DNA of 63,821 nucleotides, counting the filler. It is 21 parts of 21 records of this genome, joined end to end, with 100 filler letters (N's around TTAATTAATTAA, not from the genome) between each part and the next. Parts side by side here need not be neighbours in the genome. Positions count along the whole stretch, not along the records: positions 1 to 3,845 come from SRR11831585_893; positions 3,946 to 6,084 come from SRR11831585_895; positions 6,185 to 8,252 come from SRR11831585_900; positions 8,353 to 10,523 come from SRR11831585_912; positions 10,624 to 14,477 come from SRR11831585_915; 16 more parts are not named here. The stretch is one strand, 5' to 3'. Position 1 is the stretch's first letter; every line of letters begins with the position of its first letter. The notes beneath the pieces are model-generated. The model had not been told where the DNA came from. It ran no database searches and saw only the letters and a list, made by a program, of their open reading frames with translations. Positions 1 through 11,313 of this stretch are shown here, piece after piece. Position numbers and translations under genes: made by a program.

Positions 1-209
1 TTTCGAGATATCGCCCATCTTTATGCTCTCATGGATGCATGTGCGAGAACGTGTGCGACAACTCTCGACTACCGGGTCTTCGTCCCTGATGCAGTGCAGT
101 GTGATTGGACGTACCTTGCGACTGCAGATTTAGTCATTGCTCGTGGTGCGTTTACACACGGGGTCAGCCCACGCACTCTTTGAAGTATTAGCTTCTGCGT
201 TACGTCCCT

Positions 210-1650
210 GTGCTGCGTAAGTGTGTTGCTTTTTTTGATGGAATGGCAGAGAGCGGTATGGGTACACATAGCGTGTATGTCTTCGTTTTCGAGTCGGAGC
301 AGTATCTCCTCTTGCTAGCGATTGCTACTATCTCCGTCTTCTTATCGCGTACGCCGTCTGCAGACGCGTCCTGTGCTACATGGCTGCAGCTATGCTCACT
401 CGGCTGCTCAGCGATCCTCGTACCTGCATCCACGCTGCCTGTGTGTGCGTCGTTCGTGGTCCCAGTGCTCGCACCCGTGACACCCGCGCGCCCCACCACC
501 AATACGGCACTTACGAGTGGTTCCGTGGAGCAGACAGCGTGTTCGCGGAGGAGAACACCCTGGCTAGGTCTTGCGGAGGATCAGACGTTTGTCATGACTC
601 CGATGCGATCCGCGATGCAATGTGCATCAGGGTGCGGCTTTGGCGAGCCACAACCGCAGCACACGCTAGAGCAGGAAGACTCGCTCGTGCTCTCCCCCAC
701 GCCGATAAAGGTTGACATGGTTGAAACGGCGGCGATTGGTGGTGTTTTTGATCGGCTGCACATCGGCCATCGTTTGCTTTTGACAGTGGCCGCGCTTGTG
801 TGTCGCACTCGGCTGGTGGTCGGTGTAATGACAGGTACCGAACTCACAAAAGGTCGGGTTCGCGTTCGTGGTATGCGTGCCTGTCATGTTACCGCCTGTG
901 CTGTGACACGTCCCATGCTTGCTCCACCTTCCAAACGTGTGTGCGGTGTCGCTCTGACAAGAATGTATCAACAGCCACACCGCTGCTGCCCAAGCCCCAT
1001 GCAGCCTTTGTTCAGCCTGTGGAGGTGCGCAAACGTGCCATCGTGCAGTTTCTGCGAAGCATCAAGCCCTCGCTCACAGTGGAGGTATGTGCCGCTCGCT
1101 CGTGTTGCATGTCTGTTTGGGTACTTCAATATATGTTGGATGTGTACTCTCTCCTACTATGTGCTCTGCTCCACCCTCTCTCCTTGTCCCTTCTTTCACA
1201 CTGCGTCCTTACACTCACACTCCTTAAGGTACACACGGCGGTGCGATGTCCCTCGGTTCTGCGCTGCCCTGTCGTGCCCCGCTCTGACGTGGACGCGGTG
1301 GTGGTGTCGCGCGAAACTATCAGCGGGGCGCAGGCGATGGCCGATGCACGCACACACAATCCGCAGCGACAGCTGTGTGTCGTCGTTGCACCGTGTGTGG
1401 GCCGGTGCGTTGTGTGTTTGGTGGGTTGTCGCTTGTGCTCCATTTCATTCTCTGTGGTGTTGTGTGTACGCTGCATGGGCGTGTGCCTGCTACATGCCGT
1501 GTTCGTCCACCGATGATTTGCGAGCAGGTTCTGTATATTTCTACTGTCGCCCGCTGCTAATCCATCTCTGTGGTGTGCAGGTCTGTGCGAACGAAGCACA
1601 GTTCGAGTGGCGTGCGTGCACAGCTGGCAGAAGTATGGAGCCGCCTTTGA
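210..1650 (+). CDS. Phosphopantetheine adenylyltransferase (PPAT, eukaryotic Cab4/COASY-PPAT type), multi-exon, 5' end uncertain
   Basis: Exons ..834, 975-1084, 1229-1392, 1581-1650 join through GT-AG introns in phase. Product: AIGGVFDRLHIGHRLLL (HxGH motif)...LVVGVMTATPLLPKPHAAFVQPVEVRKRAIVQFLRSIKPSL...DAVVVSRET...KHSSSGVRAQLAEVWSRL*. Confidence 0.85.
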
Positions 1651-1920
1651 TGAGGGCCGCACTTTATTTATACGCGTGTGAACTCTGTTCTCCTGCTGCC
1701 TGGTTGCAGTATCAGTCTCGTGGGGGGAGTATACGTCCTACAGTTGCCGTCGCATGCGCCAATTGTTCGTGTGTACCACTCGTACCCATGGTGCTAGTCG
1801 CCTCTATCCCAAGAGGTGCGTGAGAGGTGCGGATCGAATACCTTGATGACGTGACTGGTTTCGCTCTCAGTTGGTGTGCATGAGTGCGAAACCGCATTAT
1901 GCCTCGAGCATCTTGCGGGA

Positions 1921-2759
1921 ATGAGTCCTGTTTCCCCGTCAACGTGGCCGCATTCGCCGGCATTGCTGGAAAAATTGAGGCAGATGGACTCTATAGTTGC
2001 AGAATTGGACCCTCTGATGAAGAAATATGAGGTTTGTGATTGAATTTCGTTATACAGAATTTGCTGAATGTTCTGAAACAGAATGAGCACACTAGACGCG
2101 TTCTTTCGGAATTTCAAGCGTTGCGGTTTTCCACCGAATTCGCTCGCGATTTGAATCACTTGCTCACCAAGAAAAGTATCAGCCGCAGCCAACTTTGAAG
2201 TACGCCCTTGTATCCACATGATTGAACGTGTACGACGCTACGTTCTGTGTAGTTTGTTCAGCATCTGAAAAGTATTGTTTAATGGCGAGGTTAATACGTC
2301 CCTGATGTGTAGGAGGACTCAAACTCTCCTGTCATCAATGTTCCAATCCATGGAAAGGCTGAAACAAGAGCATAACGCAATGAAGGTGCGATTTGCGTGA
2401 AGTATAATACTTCTAACTTGATGCTCTAGCCCGTGGACACTCCCGAAGATCAGCAGGTGGTCGATCAAATTCGGAGAATCGTTGCGGCTATCGACGAGAC
2501 CCGGCAAGTACTGCACCGTGTACGTCACTGTAACGTCAGGTTTAAATGTTCAAGTTCTTGTGATCATATTCGTATATGCACGAGGTTGTTCCGTGTGGCT
2601 CGCGATTTGATGCTGTTGATGCAGACCGAAGTATGGTTACAGGAGCGATGCAGCACTGTACATACAACGCGTCATAAGGCTGTACAACTTGTTATAGCGG
2701 CGGCAGTAGGGATTGTAGGCGTGATCTCCGCGCGGTACCTTGCAAGTGCGTTATTGTAA
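1921..2759 (+). CDS. Hypothetical helical/coiled-coil protein with C-terminal hydrophobic tail anchor, multi-exon
   Basis: ATG at 1921 (MSPVSPSTWPHSPALLEKLRQMDS...), several short GT-AG introns, last exon AVQLVIAAAVGIVGVISARYLASALL*. Not all junctions resolved. Confidence 0.5.
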
Positions 2760-3260
2760 GACGCGGCCAGACTTCGGACCTCAAGCAGTAGCATCGTCAT
2801 GAAGTATACAGTATATCGTTGTATAAAGCTTTTGGAAGAAACACGCAACTTCCGCGGGAGCGCCTGATAGAAATTCTTCGTAAAATTCAAGCAATTGTCG
2901 ATTGGTGGACATGTCTATTTTAGCCAGCACGGAGCTTAGGAGAAACGCCTAGAGGCGGCGAGCGCTCCCTTATCTGCGCACCTTCTTTTGGGGCGGTCGT
3001 GAGGCCTTTGCAAGCCACCTCGCAGAAAGTGCTGTCTGTGGTGCAGGCAATTTGCCCAGTGAGGTCATACACGTGACATGTACCGGCGCATTGTAAGGTC
3101 TTGACGAATAAACTCGAGCCGATTTTTATACGCCAAGCTTTGTGCCGACGTCGTCCTCGAACATCGTTCGCGACTCGTTTTCACGTCATCACGATTCATG
3201 ATCTTCGTTCCTTTGTGTAACACAACTGTTTCGAACCTTGGGACAGTTACGAGCGTGAAG

Positions 3261-3845
3261 ATGATTTCCTGGGGAACGGTGGCGCTCGTGTTTTTCGGAG
3301 TTTTGGTGGCGATGGCGGTCCGAGATCAGTTTGTATTCCGTCGCCAGAAGGGTTCTATGCCAGGGCCATCTTGGGTACGAGGGAATTCTGGTGGTTTGGA
3401 ATCTTTGGATCCTTATTACAGTAGATCCCGCCCTTCATTGGAAACCTGATTCCCATGATTCTTGGGCCAGTTCAGTTTTATCGTAAACACGCAGCCATGG
3501 GGAAAGTATCTGCCAACAACCTTGTTGGAAGGTGTGTCGAGCTTATTTTCACCAAAACTGTGGTTCATGCTGTGCGTAGATTCTTCGTGTATTGCACGGA
3601 TACGAAGCTCATTCGGAAGCTTTTCTTCTCTCCTGAGCGTTTTACCCTGTTTCTCACTCTCGGTACGCTCCGTCGGATGGCCCATCATCATCAGGTCACT
3701 TTCCCGATCGTTGCTAATAGCGGCCTGTTAGGAGCGAAGCCGATTCTAGGAGAGAAGCACAACATTGCATTCATGAATGGAGATCCACACAAAGCTTTGC
3801 GTCGCCGCATCTTGCCCCTCTTCACTCCGCGAGCGCTCGCCTCGC
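3261..3845 (+). CDS. Cytochrome P450, CYP710/CYP61-like sterol C-22 desaturase, N-terminal part cut by contig end
   Basis: Spliced product MISWGTVALVFFGVLVAMAVRDQFVFRRQKGSMPGPSW|IPPFIGNL...SANNLVG|RFFVYCTDTKLIRK...HNIAFMNGDPHKALRRRILPLFTPRALA. Membrane anchor, PGP hinge and FTPRAL match the CYP710/ERG5 N-terminus. Confidence 0.8.
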
Positions 3846-3945
3846 NNNNNNNNNNNNNNNNNNNNNNNNNNNNNNNNNNNNNNNNNNNNTTAATTAATTA
3901 ANNNNNNNNNNNNNNNNNNNNNNNNNNNNNNNNNNNNNNNNNNNN
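3846..3945. other. Artificial contig spacer (N44-TTAATTAATTAA-N44), first of 20 copies
   Basis: Identical spacers at 3846, 6085, 8253, 10524, 14478, 16719, 19227, 21934, 24436, 27383, 33753, 35915, 38794, 41093, 45429, 48715, 50883, 54543, 59171 and 61457, each 100 nt. TTAATTAATTAA places stops in all six frames. Confidence 0.99.
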
Positions 3946-6084
3946 AAAAAAAACCCCGCACGAAATATGCAAGTGGTAGAACGCTACCATGGTCCTCTCA
4001 TCGTACATGATGCAGTGTGCGAGGAGCAACAGAGCGACAGATAGAATCCGAAAGGACACATGTACGAATAGCGTCAACATGGTTATGGACAGTACATACC
4101 TGTTATCTCTTTGAACATGTCTCTGGCCTTATCTCGTAGTGCTTTCCAGACCTTACTCACGACCCGCTTGGTCGCAGCTGCTGGGTCCGGACAGGGCACA
4201 TTGCATACGCTTTCCAGATGTTCCACACACATGGCTGCAGCCATTTCGTTGGTAACCTACAACATCACAACCATATAACTTACTGTCGCTCATCACAAAC
4301 GCGTGTATCTACACAGAATTACCGCATATATCCCCTCATCAGAATATGCGCTGCTCCATTTGATTCCAACGACAGTGCAGGACATGCAGGCAAAGTACAG
4401 GTAAACGCACAAGAGTCGGACACAGTACCTTCGTAGGGATATCGGGGAAAGTACCCATGTCTAGCAACGGTTTGACGTGCAACATGTATGAGAGAACCTC
4501 ACACTCGCATGCTTCAGTCCAGCTTCCAACGAACGGGTCACTCCCAACGACAGCGACAAAAGAAGCGTCTTTGACCGGCTACGAAACGTGCAGCTCCCGA
4601 TGAGATGTCATTTCGAACAGCATGAAAACATTACACGTATTCATCACAACCATGACCGTACTCGCTTCATGCCAGCAAAGTTAGGGTGATGCATGGGAAC
4701 CGCATCCTGCATTAGCTGAAGTGCCTTCTGCTCTAGATCTTGCATGCGTGATGGAAGGGCCGGTGTCCCTGCACGTCCTCTTTCCTCAGCCCGCTACATA
4801 CCACGTGAATAAGCCGAGAACGGCAATCTCATCCGCCAGATTGGCATCGGAGACGGCGATTGACGAGGATGCGCACCTCCACTCTTCGTGGTGCAGTATC
4901 CGCTGCATCCATTCGGAAGGCAATCAGAACCTAGCAGAACACTCAGAGTTCAAGCATCTGCATTCAAACGCTGTGTGAATCAAGGGTTGTCCCACAACTT
5001 TGTGGGTCTAATATGCAAATTTATGGTGTGCGTTCCCGTGATGCATTGAGGACCGTAAATCATGGTGTATTAGTATTACGCATGAGCGTATCACGCACTT
5101 TATCGTGCAGGGGAACCCAATGACGGTGGAGGGATGCTCTGTGATCCGTTTCCATCCAGTCCCAGCGAGGACTCTCAACACACAAGCACACCTCCGACAC
5201 TTGAGCACGCAACGGTGTCATGTAATTGTGACGAGATCCGCATTTCGCACAAAAGAAATCATTGTATGTGACCCGCCCGAGTTCCATAGAAAAGGCGCAT
5301 GAGCCACACACGACCACGACGACAGTGCGAACGGTATCAGAGCACGCCAGCAGCCGGTTACTCGTACGCAGAGTCCTCCCCATCGCTCCCCCTGGACACA
5401 CAATCGATCCGTAAGTCATACAAACATAAGCACACAGACCGCACAAAGAGAAGGACCTTTCCCTGGACACACAACTCATAAAAAAGGGGGTCTAAGCTAC
5501 ACATGGGCCGCACAAAAGACGGCACAGAAGGACATCTCACAATCGGTACACTGCCTACACAGATGACATGTTCACTCGCATTCACCGGTACACCAACACG
5601 CCTGCACACCATGCACATGCACGATAAACTACACTAGCATTAGAGGTACGTACTCCCCTTCACACACACAGAAAACAGTCCACGGCATCGAACAGGAAGG
5701 AAAGAAACAAGCGCGCCACGTACTCCTCCGAATCAGAAAAGTCGCTCGCATCATCGCTGCTGGGTTCGCCTTGCTCGTCCTCCGAGGGCACGACGTCCGC
5801 AACATCCACTACAGCATGACACGAAAACAACAGAGAACAGGGGTGAGAATACGGTGAGGAAGAGGGAGTGAGAGAGGACGAACGCAGGAGAATGCATACA
5901 AGAACCGAGATACAGGCAGAAGAGAGCGAAGAATAACAGCAAACACACTAATGCACAATTCCAGGCAGACGCATGCAGGTTACAAACATACCAACACACA
6001 CACGCGGAAAGGAGAAAAACAAACAGAATCACTCTAGCTTCCCCTCTCAAACACTACACACACATACATACATACACACATACA
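3946..6084 (-). CDS. Internal fragment of a multi-exon hypothetical protein gene
   Basis: Minus-strand exon-like blocks bounded by AG and GTAYGT, e.g. VDVADVVPSEDEQGEPSSDD, a CGSC...CAKC segment, and VTNEMAAAMCVEHL...DMFKEIT. CA-rich plus strand. No family recognised. Confidence 0.4.
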
Positions 6085-6184
6085 NNNNNNNNNNNNNNNN
6101 NNNNNNNNNNNNNNNNNNNNNNNNNNNNTTAATTAATTAANNNNNNNNNNNNNNNNNNNNNNNNNNNNNNNNNNNNNNNNNNNN

Positions 6185-8252
6185 AAGAACAGCACCACTG
6201 CAGTATGAGAACAGGTGCCCGCAAATTAGAAATATACAGCGCGCTAAGGACAGAATGTATACAATGCAGTGTTGTAGGTATTAGAGTGCGTGGGTGTTAC
6301 AAAATGCGCGGCATACGCGGAATGGCGTCCACAGCAGAGACGGGCGGTACGGTACAGTCGACATGTTCGATCACCGGCAAGCTGACAGGCGGGAGACCGA
6401 CCACCCAACAGATAGCATCCGCCGACTGCAGCGCCACGGAGACAAGGTTCTCGTGCACGTCCTTGTGCTGCAACACAGGCACACACACAAACGGTTCCCT
6501 GTTAACACTAAACTGGTCTAGTAGCGCACTGCTGATTACCTTTGAGAGGCTGGAGAGTATCCGTGCAAGAAGTCCCTCGGGGACGTTTGGGGTCTCCCCT
6601 GTGATCGGGTGCTTGCTTGCCAGCGCGCTCAGAAACTTTAGAGACGAGCTACAACATCCATGGAAATCAAACACAAGTCAATACAACCCAACACACAAAT
6701 AAGTGCTTGCGCTTGTGGCCTTGAACGCAGTCACACTATGCGCAATGCACGACACGCATCAGGGAGATAACATACGGGGACATGAGAGACGCGTGGTCGT
6801 GGAAGGTTGCTGTCCGCCACACCACAGCTTGACGACTATTTACCGTCGCCGCCGACACCACGTCGCAGTTCAACAGGGACGCAAGAACCTACGGCCTGCT
6901 ATTAACGTATGGATACATTGCACGGGGTATATGTAGTTTCATGGGTGGCATTGGCAAACAACAGCGCAAAACCTAAGGGCTGTTACACAAAAGGTTATGC
7001 AAAGCATACGTCAAAGTAGGCTTCCCGCAGCATATAGTTCTGCTCGTGGGGCAGACGATCGCACACAGAGGCGAACAAGTTGTTCCACGCTACGCCACAA
7101 GCGTCCGTTTCTGCATCTGACCGCTTAAAAGTAGACCGCACACTGTACCTAAACCGCAAAACAGTCAGCACACAAACTTCATCGAGAGATTCCCGCCAAA
7201 AAGGTACCATCCTTCCGAACGCGCTCCCCTCATCATGACGAACGCTCACAACGAAATATCACAGCACGTACGATGCGGACGCACACTCCTGAGCGCAGAT
7301 GCAGAGCCATGCCACGAGATCCGCCAGGGCTGCCGAGCCTCTACATAACAAGAAAACATAACCCTCACGTCAATGCACCATGCTGAGAGAACACTCGCGT
7401 TAAAAAAAAGGGGGGAGAGAAGAAAAAGCATGGGCGCGGAGTCATGTACGGCAGAGAATATCAGAAAATGAGTGCGTACTGTTGAATGATGCCGGTGATC
7501 TCCTCCACGATAACAACGAGGTGCGGCATGAGGAAACCGGGGTACCGTCGCAACAGTTGCAACACAACAACAATCCTACATGCCAACCAGTCAGCGAAGA
7601 CCAAACATACAACAGGCACACAGTACGACCGCAGCCCACACAACACACAAAGATCACAGTCAGGATTCAAAACATACGAATCAACACAACATACACGACG
7701 CACATACCATCGTGAGGGAGACCCCATGGCCTTCATGTCGCCCCGTAACCGCTCCACAACCATCACCCCAATGTTTTCCCCGTGCCGACGCCTCTTGGCG
7801 CGTTCGGTGCCATGCGAGGAACCGTCCGCGCTGACACCGCTGAGACTGTAGCTGTGCTGCGAGTCCGCAGCCTGAGCAGCCGCCGTGTTGGTGTTATACC
7901 GGTCCATCTAGTCACACACAGGATAAGACCAACAAGCGCAGACAGAGTCATATGTACGGCAACACCTTAATCTTGTCCGATTACAGACCGAAGCCATCAT
8001 TATACGCATGACAAAACAGACGTACGGCGACAAACACATCGGCGGCGAGGTCTACCACCGGTTGCAGCTCAGCTTGTTGTCTGGAAAGGTCCTCTCTCGC
8101 ACTGCGACGGCAGATAGCATAAGAACACTGCTCACCACCAACATAACGCAGACCCAATGCGACGAATAAAGAGAAACGCCGGAGCCACACACAGGAAAGA
8201 CGACACTGAGCACCAAGGGAACCAAGACGCGAACATCGAATGTCCGTGCGCC
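6185..8252 (-). CDS. Probable ATM/Tel1 kinase, N-terminal HEAT region fragment
   Basis: Exons VVDLAADVF|...ERAKRRR..GVMVVERLR...W|..LLRRYP and AWNNLFASVCDRLPHEQNYMLREAYF follow the order of ATM segments as I recall them (LMADICHQVF...CKRKKIELGWEVIKDHL...WLQ..LISKYP...LWNKIW). Divergent, and no kinase domain is in view. Confidence 0.45.
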
Positions 8253-8352
8253 NNNNNNNNNNNNNNNNNNNNNNNNNNNNNNNNNNNNNNNNNNNNTTAA
8301 TTAATTAANNNNNNNNNNNNNNNNNNNNNNNNNNNNNNNNNNNNNNNNNNNN

Positions 8353-10523
8353 ACATACATACATACATACATACACACACACCTCGTTGAGCGTCTCCTT
8401 CCCCGCCCTCTGCTTCTGCAACTGCCCGTTCAGCATATCCACTGCGCTTGTCAGCTTCCTCACATCCGCTTCGGAAGATTCACATTTAACACGCAGCGCA
8501 CGGATCTGCTCGTCTTTCTCATCGAGTGTGTGTGCCAGTCGGATCTCGATGGAAACTACGCGCACGCACACACACACACAGAGTGAGAGAATTTTCGTGA
8601 GCGGTGTGAATGAGCGATGTTGTGTGTGTGTGTCAGTGCAAAATGTTGAAGTACACAGCAAAGGTTGTGGATCGTTGGGCGCTATAGAATACATAAGAGT
8701 TGCACACGCAGACATGTGATGGGGCGTGAGACCTTTCTACACACACGCAGTTACAAGGAACACAACCTTTCGGGATAGTGCGTGGTTAGCACATACCGGT
8801 GTCTAACCGAAACAGCTCATCGAACCGTTTCTCGCCGTTGAACCCGCCGTATAAGTACATGTAATCACCAATCTAAAAACACACACCCAGATAGATTCGT
8901 TAGCACACAAAACCAGAACGGCGCCAAGATGACAAACTACCACAAACCACACAAAGCGCACATGCACAAACATACAGAAGCAGATAAAAGTGACGCCACA
9001 GAATACACATATGTACACCGCGTCGTACCGCCACCATCGCGTGTGACTCACGGGCGCTGGGTGTGTGGGGCATACCGCGCGCATGCACTTTGTTCCACAC
9101 ACGCCGCTCTGCAAAAAGTTGAACAGTTAACACACACAAGCGAGTGAGTGCGACCTTGGGTGACAGAATACAAGGGGGGAATAGTGCGAGAAAATCGGCA
9201 TTGCAACGATTGCAGCACCACCTCCTCCACCACCAACAATAACAAAAATAACAACAACGCCAACAACAATACCACTAACACCAAGCACCATGAGCACTCG
9301 TACATTTACTTTTCCCCCCATACCGATATCAAAGCTCCACAGATCCCCCACCACCCCGCCGCTGTAACCCCCACACACAATCACATGCACCCCGTCTGCA
9401 GTCACCGCTGTGTGCCAGCCTCGCGCGCTGGGGAGAGGGGATTTTGTTGCAACCCGGCTCCATTGAAGACGATCTATTTAGCGGGAGGGTGAGAAGGAGT
9501 GTACGGGGTGACTGTGTTTGTGCAGGGGGGTGTGTATTGTACGCGCGTGCAGGGGGTGTGTATTGTACGTGTTGATGAGAGAATATGAGCAGAATGAAGT
9601 GCTGCGTATCATATATGTATAAAAATGAGGGGTGCGTGAAGATTATCAAAGCAGGGGAGTCTTGAAGTCATGCGCACACAAGGAAGAACAGAGCGGTTCC
9701 AAAAAAAAACACGGACACAGAAGACTACTCACCGACACAAATATATAATTACACAATACCCACATACCCAAATCGAGCACAAACACATGGAGATGCGCTG
9801 GCTCGTCGTCCCATGCACCAAATACGAATATCTCGGACCCAATGACCACACCGGCGTTACCAAACAGCTACACACCCACACCCACCACAAATCAGAGACA
9901 CACACGTATATATATGTTCGTTCTTGTGGATGGTGTGTGTTTCGGATCAAACAACACGAGCTCATGTTACAATGATCCAGTGGGAGTGCGACCCACTTGC
10001 TCTCACGACATGTTTCTGACACACACATACACATACACATACATACACGTACACATACACACACAAAAGCCGTGCTCATACACACTCACACAGTCTCCCG
10101 CCCAAAAGGCGTACCTTTGAGGGAGGGGCGCCCTGAGTGGCAGGTTTCGACCACTTGTGTGTGACTGCACATAAAGAGGAGATTTTATGTGAGCGTGATG
10201 AGTACAGGTTCATCAGAACAACGCAAGAACTGATAGGGGACACATAGATGTAGGGGTAAATGCAATAGAAAGAGTGACAGAAAGCGGATTACTACCATCA
10301 TCACCACCACCATCACCACCACGCACCCGTATCAAGCACATGCACGTCACACAACGCCTCTGTGCCCCTGCCCCCAATCACAGCCAGCCGTGTGCCCACA
10401 CAGACCGCAGTGTGCGACTCACGCGCTGAGGGGATCACCCCGGTGGTTTTGAGTTTCATGCACGCCACAGAATCGGTTGCTGTCGAAGCGCAGGAGAGTG
10501 AGAGAGAGAGTGTGTGTGTGTGG
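8353..10523 (-). CDS. Kelch-repeat protein with downstream coiled coil, partial
   Basis: Kelch blades PSARESHTAVCVGTRLAVIGG, PSARGWHTAVTADGVHVIVCGG..GDLWSFD, PSARESHAMV...YGGFNGEKRFDELF. Coiled-coil exon LDEKDEQIRALRVKCESSEADVRKL. Confidence 0.85.
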
Positions 10524-10666
10524 NNNNNNNNNNNNNNNNNNNNNNNNNNNNNNNNNNNNNNNNNNNNTTAATTAATTAANNNNNNNNNNNNNNNNNNNNN
10601 NNNNNNNNNNNNNNNNNNNNNNNTGTGTGTGTGGTGTGTGTGTGTGTATGTGCGTGTGTTTTGTAG

Positions 10667-10836
10667 GGCCGCTGACCGTGGCTGTGGGCGGTTGCGGTGG
10701 TGGAGCCAAGTGTTCAGACGAAGTGGGTGGTCTAGCAGCACAGCACGTAGTGCGGTCCCTAGTGCCGCAGCAGCAGCCACCTGCACAAGGAGCGGGAGCA
10801 GAGGGTTTGGCACGCTGTGATACAGGGCACGTGTGA
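10667..10836 (+). CDS. Last exon of a probable FAD-dependent (DAO/sarcosine oxidase-like) oxidoreductase
   Basis: After a TTGTAG acceptor: LTVAVGGCGGGAKCSDEVGGLAAQHV, resembling the C-terminal G-x-G-x-GAK-x-S-x-E-I-G helix of DAO-family enzymes. Confidence 0.45.
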
Positions 10837-11313
10837 CCCGTTCTGTGCGGAGGAGACTTCTGACTGTGCGTTTGTTCGATTGGGATGTTTGTGTTTTGTG
10901 TTTCTGTGTTTGTGTAGGGAATGGCGCTGTGAACCTGGGTTTGACGTCTGTGAGGAAGAAAATCCGATATCTCGACTGTGAGTACACCTTTCATATTCCC
11001 CTGTTGCTAGTCGTCTAAAAAGGTTCGCAGCTATACATACATATCTACGGTGCAGGTTATGGTGAGATTCAATTATCTTACCGGCATGCACGACTGGAAA
11101 TTTCCGAGGGTTAGGGCACGTGCGGGATTCGGATAAAATGCGGAATTTTCTCCGCACTCCTTTGATTGTGCGGGTGAGGGCGATTGAAACCTGCGCACGC
11201 ATTGCTGTTCCTTGTTGAAATCAACCTTACCCGTCACATATCCCCCTCCAAACCCAGTGCTTGTGAGGTTCATCTTCGTCACATTACCCAGTTGAAATCA
11301 TTCATCAGAACTG

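Noticed and set aside
210..1823. 537-aa Cys-rich ORF and similar Cys/Val- or His/Thr-rich ORFs across the window
   Set aside because: Read-through of TG- or CA-rich introns, which rarely contain stops; only spliced parts match protein motifs.
3419..3424. In-frame TAG in CYP710 as evidence for stop-codon reassignment
   Set aside because: Using the distal AG aligns without a gap, and TAA, TAG and TGA all end genes here (RPL22, MRPL52, ISCU).
3890..3901. TTAATTAATTAA palindrome repeated 20 times as a biological repeat or TTAA transposon target
   Set aside because: Always centred in exactly 44+44 Ns; it is an assembly linker.
4200..5200. PP2C-like motifs (METDHRAS, VVGSDPF, VTNE) on the minus strand
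   Set aside because: No DG or GD metal-binding motifs, and the spacing is unconvincing.
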